Positions 36,904 through 48,751 of a DNA stretch of 64,000 nucleotides are shown here, piece by piece; position 1 is the first letter of the stretch, and every line of letters starts with the position of its first letter. The notes below the pieces were generated by a model. That model was not told where the DNA came from and did no database searches. It saw nothing but the letters and a program-made list of their open reading frames with translations. Made by a program: the position numbers and the translations under genes. The stretch is from an uncultured Nitrososphaeraceae archaeon (GTDB lineage Archaea > Thermoproteota > Nitrososphaeria > Nitrososphaerales > Nitrososphaeraceae): positions 32,001-96,000 of the forward strand of contig CAVXZB010000041.1 in the NCBI GenBank assembly GCA_963765895.1, written 5' to 3'.

Positions 36904-37867
36904 GTGGTAATGGAAAATCCTAATAATTTCATACTAAACTTCCGTGTGACTGAGATTCAGGTGGACGACGAGCCTCATAGTGCAAAGATAAAAGGAACGG
37001 CACCAGTTCTGCCAGCAGGTATTGTTCCATTCGTAATACAACTTAAACTTTCACAAGACAATGATTCATCATACGAAGGGCTCTGTAAAGTTAAGACAAC
37101 AAATTACTGTTATAATGACTGACAAATAGATTAAACCATTTTTGTATATGTTGTAATTTGCATTTACTTTTTCTACAAGGAAAATAATCATCAAAACCTT
37201 CCGTCCTATCTTTGATATATTGTACTGTCCTTTCTATGACCCTTTTCTCATATGGAGAATGGATGTGGTGGTGCAGTCCCAAGAATCTGCAAGCCTGTGG
37301 ATACCGTGTATCACCATCAGTTGAAACAGGATGTTCCCCGTATCTTTTTACAAGATTTAATATAAAACGTTCTGCTACAAACATATTTCTTTCTTTTGAT
37401 ATTCTTATTTGAAGGATTTCTCAGTTATCATTTTCAATGGCTATCCATAACCGTATATATTCAGAACCAACCTTAATGATAGTTTCATCAATTATAAATG
37501 TGGTAATACGCATCTTTCTGGAACTTCATCTCTGGCTTGTATTTTTAAATCCAGTCTCTGATGGCAGTATGACTTCTTTTTACAAACCTAGACACAGCTT
37601 TGGAAGTACTTCTCAGTGAAAGACCTAGGAAATAAAGATACAGAGAATATGCTATATCCTCGTGTTCTGTTCTTTTTCTTAATTGACACAACATAACATA
37701 TATCTGAGTCATAAAACTATAGATTTTTCCTTAACTTTACAGAGCCATACGAAACGATGTTGGATCTGTGTATAAGGTTTTTGAATAGTTTTGCATCCAT
37801 GAAACTAGGATTTGAAGGATCCATCACACCATCTAATACGATTGATCAGATAATCATGCCTGACTAA
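36904..37867 (+). pseudogene. Small hypothetical gene interrupted by IS6
   Basis: Removing the IS and one target copy joins ...QDNDSSYE to TMLDLCIRFLNSFASMKLGFEG...MPD* in frame. Confidence 0.7.
37079..37746 (-). mobile_element. IS6-family element, near-identical inverted copy of 28191-28858
   Basis: Same TIRs and same inactivating stops. Flanks ATACGAAG and ATACGAAA form a 7/8 target duplication. Confidence 0.92.
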
Positions 37868-38023
37868 AAAAATACGGTTGGAAAGACGAACCAACACCAA
37901 TTTTTCTTTAATTAACAATCAAAATAGTATTATGGACGACTAACTAAATTTTGGCACTATATGGTACAAGCATATCTTGTGACGCTTTTGAATTCTATCT
38001 GTTGCAATTACAATATTACTAAT

Positions 38024-39028
38024 TGTTGTACTTCCTAAAGTAGGTGACATTATAGCTTGCAGATATGGGTTACACTTCCGCTGTAAGGAAGTGTAACCCA
38101 TATAGAAATCAATAGAAGGTTTAATCTAATACATGAAAAAGAATGACCGGCGATACCATATCTAATACTTGCAAGAGGTAAGGTACCTCCAGAAAGAGTT
38201 ACTATAAGTGGAAGAACAGGTACAAGCAGAAGGGGATATTCGTATTATCAGATCTCTCTAAAAGGCCTCATAATATCAAGTACAGGAAAGTAACATTTGA
38301 AATACAAGAGACAATACTTGATCTACGATTAACCAAAAGGTTTGAATGTAATAGGATCAAGTTTCGATTAAAAAGGACTATGGATTGTCATTAAGTACCA
38401 AAACTATATACAAGATACTAAAGAGGCATGATCTTAACATCCTCAAGTGTCAATCTAGAACCAGAAAATACAAACGGTACAGATGGACATCCTTGGTCCA
38501 TTTTATCTCAGCAATTCCAGTCAAAGGAATTACATCATTAGCTGCCTAGACGATTGTTCCAGAAAAGTAGATAGCAAGTGGTCTGAAAGAAAGAGGCCAG
38601 ATGATATTCTTAACGTACTAGGATGGGATAATGTCTAATGATAAATCCAGGAAGATAATGCACGATTCTGGAAATTTCTTTACATCCAGAATATTCAGAC
38701 ATTTCCCAGTACATAACGAAATAAAGGATAAGATAATACCAATTTCCTATCTACAGTTACTAGGGAAAATAAAGCCATATAACAAGATAGTGAAAAATGA
38801 GTTACTAGCAGTTAAGGACATACCAAATAGAGATGACGGTAAAATAAGATATGATGATATGCGTGTAAAAGCGCATAATGAAACTAGAGAACATGGAGAC
38901 ATAAATGGAGTTACTCCATCAGAGGTGTTTTTGCAAAGTAATTATATGTACAGTATGGACTATAACAAGCAGCAAAGTGTAGCCCATATTGGTAATCGAA
39001 GATGTAGCCTATCTGTGTAAGTACGACA
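38024..39028 (+). mobile_element. IS481-like element, degenerate
   Basis: TGT...ACA ends with a 26-bp imperfect TIR (TGTTGTACTT.. / ..AAGTACGACA). 6-bp duplication ACTAAT at 38018-38023 and 39029-39034. Decayed rve-type ORF (LDDCSRK, IMHDSG..FTS, HNETREH...TPSEVF). Confidence 0.82.
38063..38103. repeat. Perfect 17-bp inverted repeat with a 7-nt loop, inside the IS481 left end
   Basis: ATATGGGTTACACTTCC-gctgtaa-GGAAGTGTAACCCATAT. A related copy, AAGTGTAGCCCATAT, lies near 38975. Confidence 0.9.
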
Positions 39029-39130
39029 ACTAATATACCAGACCCATCATAGTTTCATGTTTGGTGATGACAATGTTTGTTCTTATTTCAAAATATTGTC
39101 CTTAAATGAGGTTTATCAATATATTTTCAT

Positions 39131-39152
39131 AATTTTTCGGGGCCGAAAAATT
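39131..39152. promoter_or_regulatory. Dispersed palindrome copy (AATTTTTCGGGGCCGAAAAATT)
   Basis: 22-bp palindrome with one central mismatch. Confidence 0.85.
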
Positions 39153-39383
39153 GAACCCATCATTGAACGCTACTCTTCGCATACTCATATTGGTTGTCAG
39201 CATAAGTGTATGAGAATTGTCAACATGATGCACTCAATTGCAGGATAGAAAATGTTATTGGCGCTATCACTACTTAGCTACTCTCATAAGTAAAGTTTCT
39301 CATCTGAAGATATAAAACACTTTTTGCGTAATTCTTGTACGTAATAAGGATTAAATTCTATTCTATCCTTATGACGGTATTTT

Positions 39384-40087
39384 ATGTCTCATAACAACAA
39401 ACAGACAAGTGTTCCTAAATCTTTAAAGGATTTCAAATCCACCTCACCACACTTTGGCAATCATATGTCATACTTCGAACTCAATCCAGCTATTCGTAAT
39501 ATAGGATTTTTCAATTTTTTTGAGAAACTGGCAACAACAAAAGAATTGAAACACCTGATCAGTAGTGCAATCGGATTAGGAGAAAAATGAAGGAGCTATA
39601 CAGTAAATGGCCTTCTGCATATGAGCTGATGCCTGATGACTTTTATCTAGATAATAGGCTTATGATATATAGTAATGGTCAGCCCCTACATGGTACTAAT
39701 GAAACATATCTGAAGAATGAATGGAGTTTGCCTAAAAGTATGCATCCTAATTTCAGTAAAGCAATGGAATTTAAAAAAACTCTTGGAGAAAAACTACCTG
39801 AAAACGACGATGATATACTTGTGATTTATGCTAATACTGAGACTCTCGATACAATAGGCCATTCATCTACTTGTATACTATAGATGGGAATATTTCATTT
39901 CAGCCCACCTTTTGATTTTAACCAGCATGGAGATACTCTTGTCGTTACAAAAGTGCAATGGGTTCTATGTCGGACTCGTTTGCTTATAAGAACTCCAAGT
40001 CCATATCAAATACACATACAGTGTTACCCAATGATAAAGCCACTATCGAAGAAATTAAGAAATTTCTTAATCCTTAATTCTTATTAA
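39384..40087 (+). pseudogene. Fragments resembling the C-terminal part of an LCAT/lipase-like alpha/beta hydrolase
   Basis: WPSAYELMP and HGDTLV (GDGTV-like) in three abutting short ORFs. Confidence 0.5.
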
Positions 40088-40432
40088 TACCTAGATGGTA
40101 TCTTTCCTTCTCTTATCTATTAAATAATAACAAATTCAAGATCAATTACTACGATTAGGGCTTCAATTGTTTTACATAGAGGCAAGTTATTCACGATCTT
40201 TGGTACTAGTTCAAATGCGGACCAAAGCAAACCATACAACTCTCTTAAACAGATCAAATGCGGCTGACTCAAATGAACCACGGATACTATCTATATTGGA
40301 GGATGATCTTTAGGAAATGTTAATTAAGTCTACACTTGAACCCCTTTATGTACAGGAACTAACCCCTTTGGATCCAAATCAATCTTGTTCATTTAATTAG
40401 GCCCACCATCATAATACAATTAGAAAACTAGA

Positions 40433-40625
40433 GTGGCTGTTACAGAAGAACAGGACCATTTATCTCAGTTTATGTATAGCCTCAAGGCCCCTGTGACAAA
40501 GAAGCAGTGGCCACGAAGACTTAAAGTGTTGTTTGACTTCTTAAAAATCGATGGAACTTTAGATGATCAGGCAAGACATTTTTGTACTCCAAGCAAGGCA
40601 GGATCCCCGTTGGGCCCAGTCCAGG
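40433..40625 (+). pseudogene. N-terminal remnant of a tyrosine recombinase
   Basis: FMYSLKAPVTKKQWPRRLKVLFDFL resembles the N-terminus of thaumarchaeal integrases. Confidence 0.6.
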
Positions 40626-40696
40626 TCGGTTTATGTACCGATATGTGTGGTCAGATATTTATGACGCTCTATAAGTGTAATATTGTCAACGTAATA

Positions 40697-41731
40697 TTAG
40701 GAAGAAAATAAACCTCTCCATACGAACGGACCTCGCAACTTTTGTTTTGCAATCGATTCCATTTGCATTGGTGCAAGTTCTGAATCATATATGTAACCTA
40801 TTGAGTGATGATCAATGACACTTGCGGGAGTAGTCATTCCTTTCCATGGTTCCATTGGATCATTAATATTGTGTCCTTGTGGCCCACCTATGTTAGGTAC
40901 ATAGCCTTCAGTAGGATGTTGTTGTTGCCATTGAGCCCACAGACGATCGATATTACAGTGATGTAGAAAGAAAACTGGGTCATTAGGAGAAGTGCTCCAG
41001 AACATACTTCCTGCATCGTTAAACTCTTGTGGCGTGCCACCTGAAACCCACAGGTGTACACGATTATGAATATTTCCATCTCCATACCATCCCTCTAATC
41101 TGTTACGAAAGCTTGGTTGGGGAACAACAGGATCAGCATCAGTATTAGTCATCCATGGAGGACTATCATAAGGAACGACTTTGAGAGCATCCGTAACCTG
41201 TTCAGTAGTTGGTAATGTTGGAACCAACTTCGCAAGCCCTCTTCTTAAATATGGCTGTGGATTGGGTTCGTCAACATCATTTATGTTAAGGTTCCATTTT
41301 CCAGTATCGTATGCGAAAGGTCCAGTCATCACCTTATTATTATCAGAGGTACCGCTTCCTCCCATGAAGTCATTATCCCAAATAGATGAATCAATTTCAT
41401 TATCAACAGTCCAGTCCCAATAAGGTAAAGTTACACGCTGATCAATTGATTGCAAGTCTTTCTCGAATCTGCGAATGAATTCTCGGTGCCATGGAAGAAA
41501 GGCTGGTCCCTGGTGAGCGGACATTGGGCTTGTCGATATCATCAACATTCTTGCGGAATGAATTACTACATAATCATCGTACTTGTTATTTGATGGAGGA
41601 TAGAGTTGGCTTGGGCTTTGTTTTAATGCAAGTACCGCATTGGTGAACGCTTTCCTCTCGCCAGGAGATAATTTTGCCTGATCTCTTCTAATTATTAATC
41701 CATTTTTGCTATCGCCCATTTGCATTTGCAT
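40697..41731 (-). CDS. Tyrosinase (type-3 copper)
   Basis: CuA: YVVIH..AHQGPAFLPWHR. CuB: IHNRVHLWV..SPNDPVFFLHHCNIDRLW. Confidence 0.95.
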   Translation of the reverse strand: MQMQMGDSKNGLIIRRDQAKLSPGERKAFTNAVLALKQSPSQLYPPSNNKYDDYVVIHSARMLMISTSPMSAHQGPAFLPWHREFIRRFEKDLQSIDQRVTLPYWDWTVDNEIDSSIWDNDFMGGSGTSDNNKVMTGPFAYDTGKWNLNINDVDEPNPQPYLRRGLAKLVPTLPTTEQVTDALKVVPYDSPPWMTNTDADPVVPQPSFRNRLEGWYGDGNIHNRVHLWVSGGTPQEFNDAGSMFWSTSPNDPVFFLHHCNIDRLWAQWQQQHPTEGYVPNIGGPQGHNINDPMEPWKGMTTPASVIDHHSIGYIYDSELAPMQMESIAKQKLRGPFVWRGLFSS

Positions 41732-41819
41732 ATTCTATACTTCTTCTATGACAGGGTGTTAATAAAGAAGTTGTTTTTAGCTGTGTTTTTCTAATTCGAT
41801 AATCTATCTTATCCACGAA

Positions 41820-41836
41820 TTTTTCGACGCCGAAAA
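41820..41836. promoter_or_regulatory. Dispersed palindrome copy (TTTTTCGACGCCGAAAA)
   Basis: One mismatch, about 90 bp upstream of the tyrosinase start. Confidence 0.82.
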
Positions 41837-42145
41837 GAGTATAGTCTGGGTATAGTAACGTGGTACTATAATCTTTTATTGCATTTAAGCAACACAACAT
41901 AATCATTTTTTGAAAGCATACAGTTTTCTCTTGTTTTAAGTACCTGTTATGATCAGATTTATGACGTACTATAAGGCATCTTATTGACATATACCTTCAT
42001 GATTGAGAATTGAAGGTGATCATAAGTGTATAATGAAAAAAATCTCTAGATTAGTGCGTTATCAATCAATTAGCCTAACGATTGGACATTTATTAAATCA
42101 ATATAGTACTTGATTTCAAATTATAACAAAATCGCGATCTCATAT

Positions 42146-43011
42146 CTACTTGATAACTGTAAATTGTTCTAGAATTTGTCCATTAGCTGACTTGGCATAG
42201 ACATCTGCCCTTTTGCCTTGAATTACAAAAAGGTAATAACCATACCCTTTATCGTATGCAAAAGCGGTCCATTTATTTTTAGATTCTTCAAAGCTATACA
42301 GCATTCTTCCACCAGCACCACTTATAATATATAGATCTGTCCACGATCCTGACGAAAATCTAAACCTGAAGAGGTTATTATGGGTTCCTGATCCAAGCCG
42401 CTGTACTTGATAGGAAGTGTCCTCTGCATATTATGGGAGTGGCCTTGAATTACAAAATCAATTTGACCACTATCAAATAACGGCTGGTATGCGTCTCTTG
42501 CCTTCCTTTCTGGTCTGTGTCCGCCTTTCAATGTATAAAGAGGTTTATGGACCATCACCAGAATCCAATCTACTTTATGTTCATTGTCCCTCAATCTGAC
42601 TGCTTCTTCTAATTTGGACTTGAACCAGATAAACTGGTCCAATTTTAAGTCCCAATCTGGATCCTGACTATTCATACATATAAAGTAAATATTGTCTATT
42701 TGTTTTGCTGTCATCCACTCTGTTATATCAAAATATTTTTCAAGTTGTTCCTTAACATTATCACTTTCGTTTTCTTTGTCATCATGGTTTCCTATGGAAA
42801 AGATTGTCTTTTCTTTCAACCCAAAGGATCTAAATATATCAATAAAACAAGTCGCATCAAGTTCATAGGATGAATCACCCAAGAATAGATTCGCATCAGG
42901 CTTTTCATTGACTATATTTTGAAATGTTTTCTTCGCATCATCGCTACAAGTCGTATCTCCTACCGCAGTAATTAAAACCTTTTTGTGCGTATTATCAGAC
43001 TGGTTCATCAT
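42146..43011 (-). CDS. Metallophosphoesterase (purple acid phosphatase-like); frameshift near 42325; IS inserted just upstream
   Basis: AVGD, FLGDSSY, IGNHD, HKPLY and GHSHNMQR. The shifted frame continues SGAGGR...GYGY...FTVIK*. Confidence 0.85.
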
Positions 43012-43041
43012 CTATTAATTGACCGTTATTGCTGACCATCT

Positions 43042-43989
43042 GGCTGTGTAGAAACCATCTCATACAGTCAAAGCTTTGTAAGAGTATAATACCAATAGTC
43101 TATTGAAAGAATCAATGTACGTCAGACTTGCAGGTACTATGTTCCGTGTTTTGAAGCATGCAAGGATTCCTCTATTTTCTAACAGGAAAAGTAATCACAT
43201 ATTTACAATATGGCAGCACATAGTTCTAGTTGCTATACGACAGTATGAAGGTAAGAGTTATAGAATGTTTGTCGAGTGGTTAATTGAAGCCTATTACCTA
43301 AGGTCATTTCTACGGTTGTCACGTATTCCTCATTTTACAACATTGCAAAAGTTTACAGATAGAATCAATAATTCATTGCTTGAAAAGATAATTTCGTCAT
43401 TCATTGTAATTAGTGGTACCAAGCATATCTTTGCAGGAATAGATTCAACAGGATTTAAGATAACTCATGCATCACAATATTATACTGATCGAACAGAATT
43501 GAGAAGAAAATATGCGAAATTATCTATTGGAGTAGATGTATTACAACAAATCATATGTACAATTAAGATAAGACGAGCTCCAACAAGGCATGATAATGTA
43601 GATTTCAGGCCAATTATAACAAGGACATCAAATATTCTTCCATTATCTGTAGTTACAGCTGATAAGGGTTACGATAGTGAAGATAATCACCTTCTCGTAA
43701 GAGAGGACTTACATGCATTCAGTATTATTCCTGCTCGATATGAACATGTACCGATGTGGAGAACACATGGTAAGTACAGAAAGCAGATGAAGCGTGGTTA
43801 CTCCAAATTGCTGTACAATCAACGAAACAAAGATGAAACCATAATATCAGTTATAAAACGACTATTTGGAGAGAATCTTATGTCTAGATTGACTAGAATG
43901 CAGAACAGAGAGTTATCATTTAGATGTATCACCTACAATATGCATAGACTGACTAATCTTGTAATATTGATGATGTTTTCTACATAGCC
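43042..43989 (+). mobile_element. IS5 family (ISH1-like) element, intact, 948 bp
   Basis: TIRs as at 4030-4977. 8-bp duplication GACCATCT at 43034-43041 and 43990-43997. Confidence 0.93.
43103..43987 (+). CDS. IS5-family DDE transposase, 294 aa
   Basis: One amino-acid difference (V/I) from 4032-4916. Confidence 0.93.
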   Translation: MKESMYVRLAGTMFRVLKHARIPLFSNRKSNHIFTIWQHIVLVAIRQYEGKSYRMFVEWLIEAYYLRSFLRLSRIPHFTTLQKFTDRINNSLLEKIISSFIVISGTKHIFAGIDSTGFKITHASQYYTDRTELRRKYAKLSIGVDVLQQIICTIKIRRAPTRHDNVDFRPIITRTSNILPLSVVTADKGYDSEDNHLLVREDLHAFSIIPARYEHVPMWRTHGKYRKQMKRGYSKLLYNQRNKDETIISVIKRLFGENLMSRLTRMQNRELSFRCITYNMHRLTNLVILMMFST

Positions 43990-44648
43990 GACCATCTACA
44001 TGATTTAAATATTTTCAAAATCAGCAGATCTGCAATTGTCTATTAAACAATGAGATTGAAATTATGAATGTGTATATGGAATGTGTGTATGGATAGTAAA
44101 GCAAAACACAGGATGTATTGATAAACAAGTTCATGATATCAAAAGTTATTGGCTAAAATACAAACTTGATGACTTTGGTGCTTATATTCATACAATGTTT
44201 GACGTCATATGAAACCTTTGAGATTTCAAGCTGAGACCATCGTTGGACTTTATAATCCAACTCAACAAATGCTCAAATCTGAACCAGGTTCTAAACGGCA
44301 TGCAACCAGCTAGACGCTTTGATTAGGTTATTTTCCAATAGTGCAAACTAACTAAACCTCTCAAAGGAATAAGAATATTCCACACACTACAAGCTTAAAA
44401 TTTCGGATTCATGTTTGCGGCCCCAGAACGTCACACGTAGAGTAAATATCGATATTATCATTATTCAGTAGAATTGAACATTATTTGTACAATAATAAAA
44501 ATTAGACGACTGCATCTATTCTCCAATACGATTCAAACTACTGTTTGGCCTATCTTTATTGCTGCACCCATATTCATGTCTCACACACCGTGTTTGGACA
44601 TGATCTGTTGCTGTAATTGAGCTATTTTGCTATCCATATCTTGAAAAT

Positions 44649-45258
44649 TCAAATTAACCAACCTTTTCGTGGTTCATCTAGCAACTTTTCTTCAATTGGT
44701 TTATTGTAATTTGGGTCGTTAGTTTGTTGTGGTTCTCTTCCTTCTTTAATTAGTTCGACTAAGATGGCAGCAGCCAGTCCTACATGCCTATCTATCTGAA
44801 ACCACTTATCTTTGTTGTCATCTAGTTCCAACAGAACTACTGCCCGTATAAAAGCATGCCAAACGACATATCCTTCTACCTTGCTATCCATCATGTGGAT
44901 CTTGTCACCAACTGGTCTTCTAGGTTGACCCTTATCATCTACGCCATTATCAAAGAGAAGGCCTTGAGCAAATAATTCAAAAGCCTTTTGTTGTAATTCT
45001 ATGTTGCTGTCAAAATATTTCTGGATTATTCTCGTAATATTAGATGATAATAGCCTGACTAATTCTTTGCATGGAATTTTTAAATTCAGTATCCACACTA
45101 CCTTTTCGAGCACAAAAATAAAAAAGATCAAGCATCTTACCATATGGATCTACTTTAAGCATAGCCTCCGTAATGTCATCGGGAGAGCTAAACAAAAAGA
45201 AATTATCGTATTCATACCAAAAATCCATTGCATTTTTCTCTTCAGAACTATTCATCAT
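44649..45258 (-). CDS. Hypothetical protein split by a frameshift
   Basis: Overlapping ORFs 45040-45258 and 44649-45143 on the same strand. Confidence 0.55.
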
Positions 45259-46385
45259 GTTACCCTATTGTGAATTTCTATTCTTAATAAGGATTTAGGC
45301 GATCAATGATACTGCGATCATATTAATAAAATACAATAATGAATACAAAACTGAAAAAATATAGTAGTATGGATTAATTCTGAATGAATAAATAAATAAA
45401 TATTAATGAGATAGATTGATATCTAAAGTCGAAACGTAATGCGAATAAATCATTACAAAATATATTGACCGAAGGCTTTAGATTTCTCGGATTATTGAAT
45501 CTTGCTTAATTTATTACATACGTATTCTTCAAATATTTCATGGAATTTTGAGGAGATAATAAACATGGAAATTATTAGAAAATCACTAGTTCAGTTCTAT
45601 TTGATATTCTCCAATAATTCCATGACAGTATTGTACGGTTTGCGCCGTGTGTTATTATTGGGTGTACACGTTCATTTTCTAGCAAACGATTTCAATAGAT
45701 GTATAGTGTTATACGATAATGACTGAAGGTAAATAATGTCATTAGTTCTTTTATAAACTGTGTTGTTGGACAAGACATGATCCAAAAGTCAAGCATATAC
45801 GTGTATCATTTGTGACATCCATTATTGACAATTTTCTGCTATCATATTAAAATCCATATCTGATCTTTTATTTGTTGAATATAAAGCCATGGTATAAAGG
45901 TCCGATTGTAGAGACATAATAAGTGACTTTGTGATTAGGAATCTAACAAAATGAGTCATCAGAGGATCTAATTATACAAATATAAGATTTCTGTTCTAAG
46001 AATATAGACCAATTTCTATTTCTATTATCTGTTCTAAGGTAGCTACTTTATTACATGGATTGCAAGCTAAATTTAGCTGTTATACATTCAACGGATTTAC
46101 CTCGTATTAATGTCTGGAAAATGTCAGAAAAGTTGTGCCAGCTAAAATGTCATATGCTATACGCTATTGCAATGTTCTCGTTTCATCGAAATGTCATCCA
46201 AGCTGAAAATTACTCGATCTAGGCAAAAGAATCAGACTAACGATACCACATGAGTAACGTGTGCACGTAAAGTGGTACATTTATTAGACTAGTCTAGATT
46301 GATGTTTAGGATTCTTGCTAGATGTAGAGGAAGATTCCTTTGCTCATACGCTACGACCTTTGGCCACAGATTGATCACAATATCT

Positions 46386-48070
46386 TCATTTTTTTCTATT
46401 TTTCTTAGTATCTCCACTTTTTCGGCTCTCTTCCTCTTCCTCTTCCTCGTCTTTTTCGAATTTCGGCTCTCTGACTGGTTCTTCTAGCTTAAACAGCAAA
46501 GAAATTCTGCGTACACTATTCTGTAATCTTTTTATCTCTCCTCTGAGTTCAATTATTTCAGGATCTGGTACCAGATCTTCTGTACAACATGAATCCTCGC
46601 ATTCTGATTTGCAACATGTTTCAGATTCATGCCTGATTCTGGAATCACAATCACATGGTCTTTTCGGTCTATGATGACAGAAACTTATGCAATGCGAACT
46701 GATACCATTGGTTATAACACAAAGATCATAATGTCCGTAGGGAATATTTGAGGTATTAAACCTAGCCGATTGTAAAGAAGCTCCTGTGGCAACGCCCATA
46801 GTACTAAAGTTATAAGTCCGTGCGAAATAGACCTTGTTGGTACTAGTATTCTGTAGTCTAACTATAGGATAATTTGTGGCAGGATAACAGTCATCGCCGT
46901 AGGTGTTTGCTTGGGATAAACCATTTAACTGCGTGCCCTTTAATATATAATAATCAGTCATATAGGGGGTACCATGTCGTACTACAGCTGAGATCGTTGG
47001 TCTCCATCCCTCTTCTGGACCAAGGTCTGGAGTATAGCATTGAATATTATTTGTACCTCGGGCTAAAAAGTACCTGACCTGTAGGTAGCAACATCAGACG
47101 ACTCCAGAACAATTGTTGCTTATTATTCAAAGGTGTCGATACTTGGGAAATAGTATTACTGAGGGGATCATATTCGAAAAAGAAGATAGGCGTCCCCCAC
47201 GTATTAGGCTTGTAAAATGACGCGGTAAAAAAGACTTTACCATTTGGCAGCAAGCATGCCGGACAATCATTACATACAATCGTTTGGTTTTCTATTTTTG
47301 GTATATTGGGTCCGGCAGTCCAAGTCCCTGTGCCAGTGGGGGTAGGAGGAGGGGTATAGACAGCTGTTTTGCCAAAACCTCTATCGTCAGCTGCGCCGAA
47401 GAATACAGCCTTACCATTATACATTAGCATGGCCGGTCCTATTTCATGCATATCCGGATCAATCAATGTAACTGGTATTATCCCTTCATTTTTCCAAGTA
47501 TTAGACGAAATAATATACTTTTCACTTTGATAAGGATTAAAGCATTGTGGCGCTATAATGGTATTGTCAGGTAGCAGGATCCATGTTTCTTCATTCGATC
47601 TAATTGCTTTACTGGCTGCTGGTGACCATGAATTAGTCGAGGGATCATATATATCGCATGCAGGAGATAGCAGAGCCCCGATCATAATCCTTCCATCTGG
47701 AAGTATACAGGATGCTCGCATCTCCCACCTCTGACCATCCAGGTGGAGTAGGAATTGAGGTCCATGTATCTAAAACATGGTCATAGATTTCACCTTTATT
47801 GGTATCAGGAATATCTCCACTTTGCTCTCCACCAATGATTATAACGCGCCCATCTTTAAGAACTCCAGATGCATAGTATCGTCTCATGAAGCTCATATCG
47901 GCTAAGGTTGACCACGTTCCATTGATGTAGCTTCCGTTACTATCCGGTGTTAAAGCATGCCAATGAGGAGTGTCTTCTTCCTGTACCATTACTCTACCAT
48001 CAGTTAGCAGTATCATTGTACTGGTGTAAAATGTAGGTTGATTGACTAATCCTTGCCAAGTGCCTGCCAT
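46386..48070 (-). CDS. Kelch-repeat beta-propeller protein with a Cys-rich, coiled-coil and charged tail; two frameshifts
   Basis: Repeats LLTDGRVMV, VLKDGRVIIIGG..GEIYD, LPDGRIMI..IYDP, LLPNGKV and LLPTGQVL, then NYPIVRL. Confidence 0.82.
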
Positions 48071-48525
48071 TGTTTTTTACTATTTTACTACATATAGATA
48101 AACATAATCCAGTTTGATAAAAAATAACGGAGTTCTTTCTTTCACAGTGGTAAGCCTGAGACTGTTATACACTATTTTAAATTGTAATATGTATTTATTT
48201 GTGAGGGGCACTATGAATTCGGTACCTCGACTTCAAATTAAACTGAGTTTATGTACCATTGCGCAATATAAGATCATATCCCAAACAAGTTTGGAAAATA
48301 CCCCAAAAACTTCTACTAACTCATTCTAGCCGACAATTATTAGAACTATACCAGTACAGCTTCGAAAGTATCGAGTATAATCAATGGGTCATGAATCACA
48401 TAATGAAAAACTGCAGAGTAGGGTATTAGAAATACAATCACAGCAGAATACAATTTATCATACCATCTATAGTTATTAATGAATAACTTTGTAAAAGATA
48501 TACTTCCAAAGAGATTTTAACTGAG

Positions 48526-48543
48526 TTTTTCGGCGCCGAAAAA
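48526..48543. promoter_or_regulatory. Dispersed palindrome copy (perfect 18 bp)
   Basis: TTTTTCGGCGCCGAAAAA between the divergent Kelch and zincin-like genes. Confidence 0.88.
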
Positions 48544-48751
48544 TTGAATTAGTACTATAGCTATCATACTACGCATTATTGCACCGAAGTAACGTGATAT
48601 GTTTATTATGACTGGATATGTTAAATTACGGATTATAGTATTCCATTATGGAACATTATCTCACTATGTTTTGCATTGTAGTTTTAAGACGTGGTTCAAC
48701 TCAATCACAGAATTTCTTAAATAGCATATAGTTAAAAGACGATTATGTCAA

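Noticed and set aside
28191-37746. Composite transposon bounded by the two IS6 copies
   Set aside because: The outer flanks share no target duplication, and the second copy has its own duplication, indicating an independent insertion.
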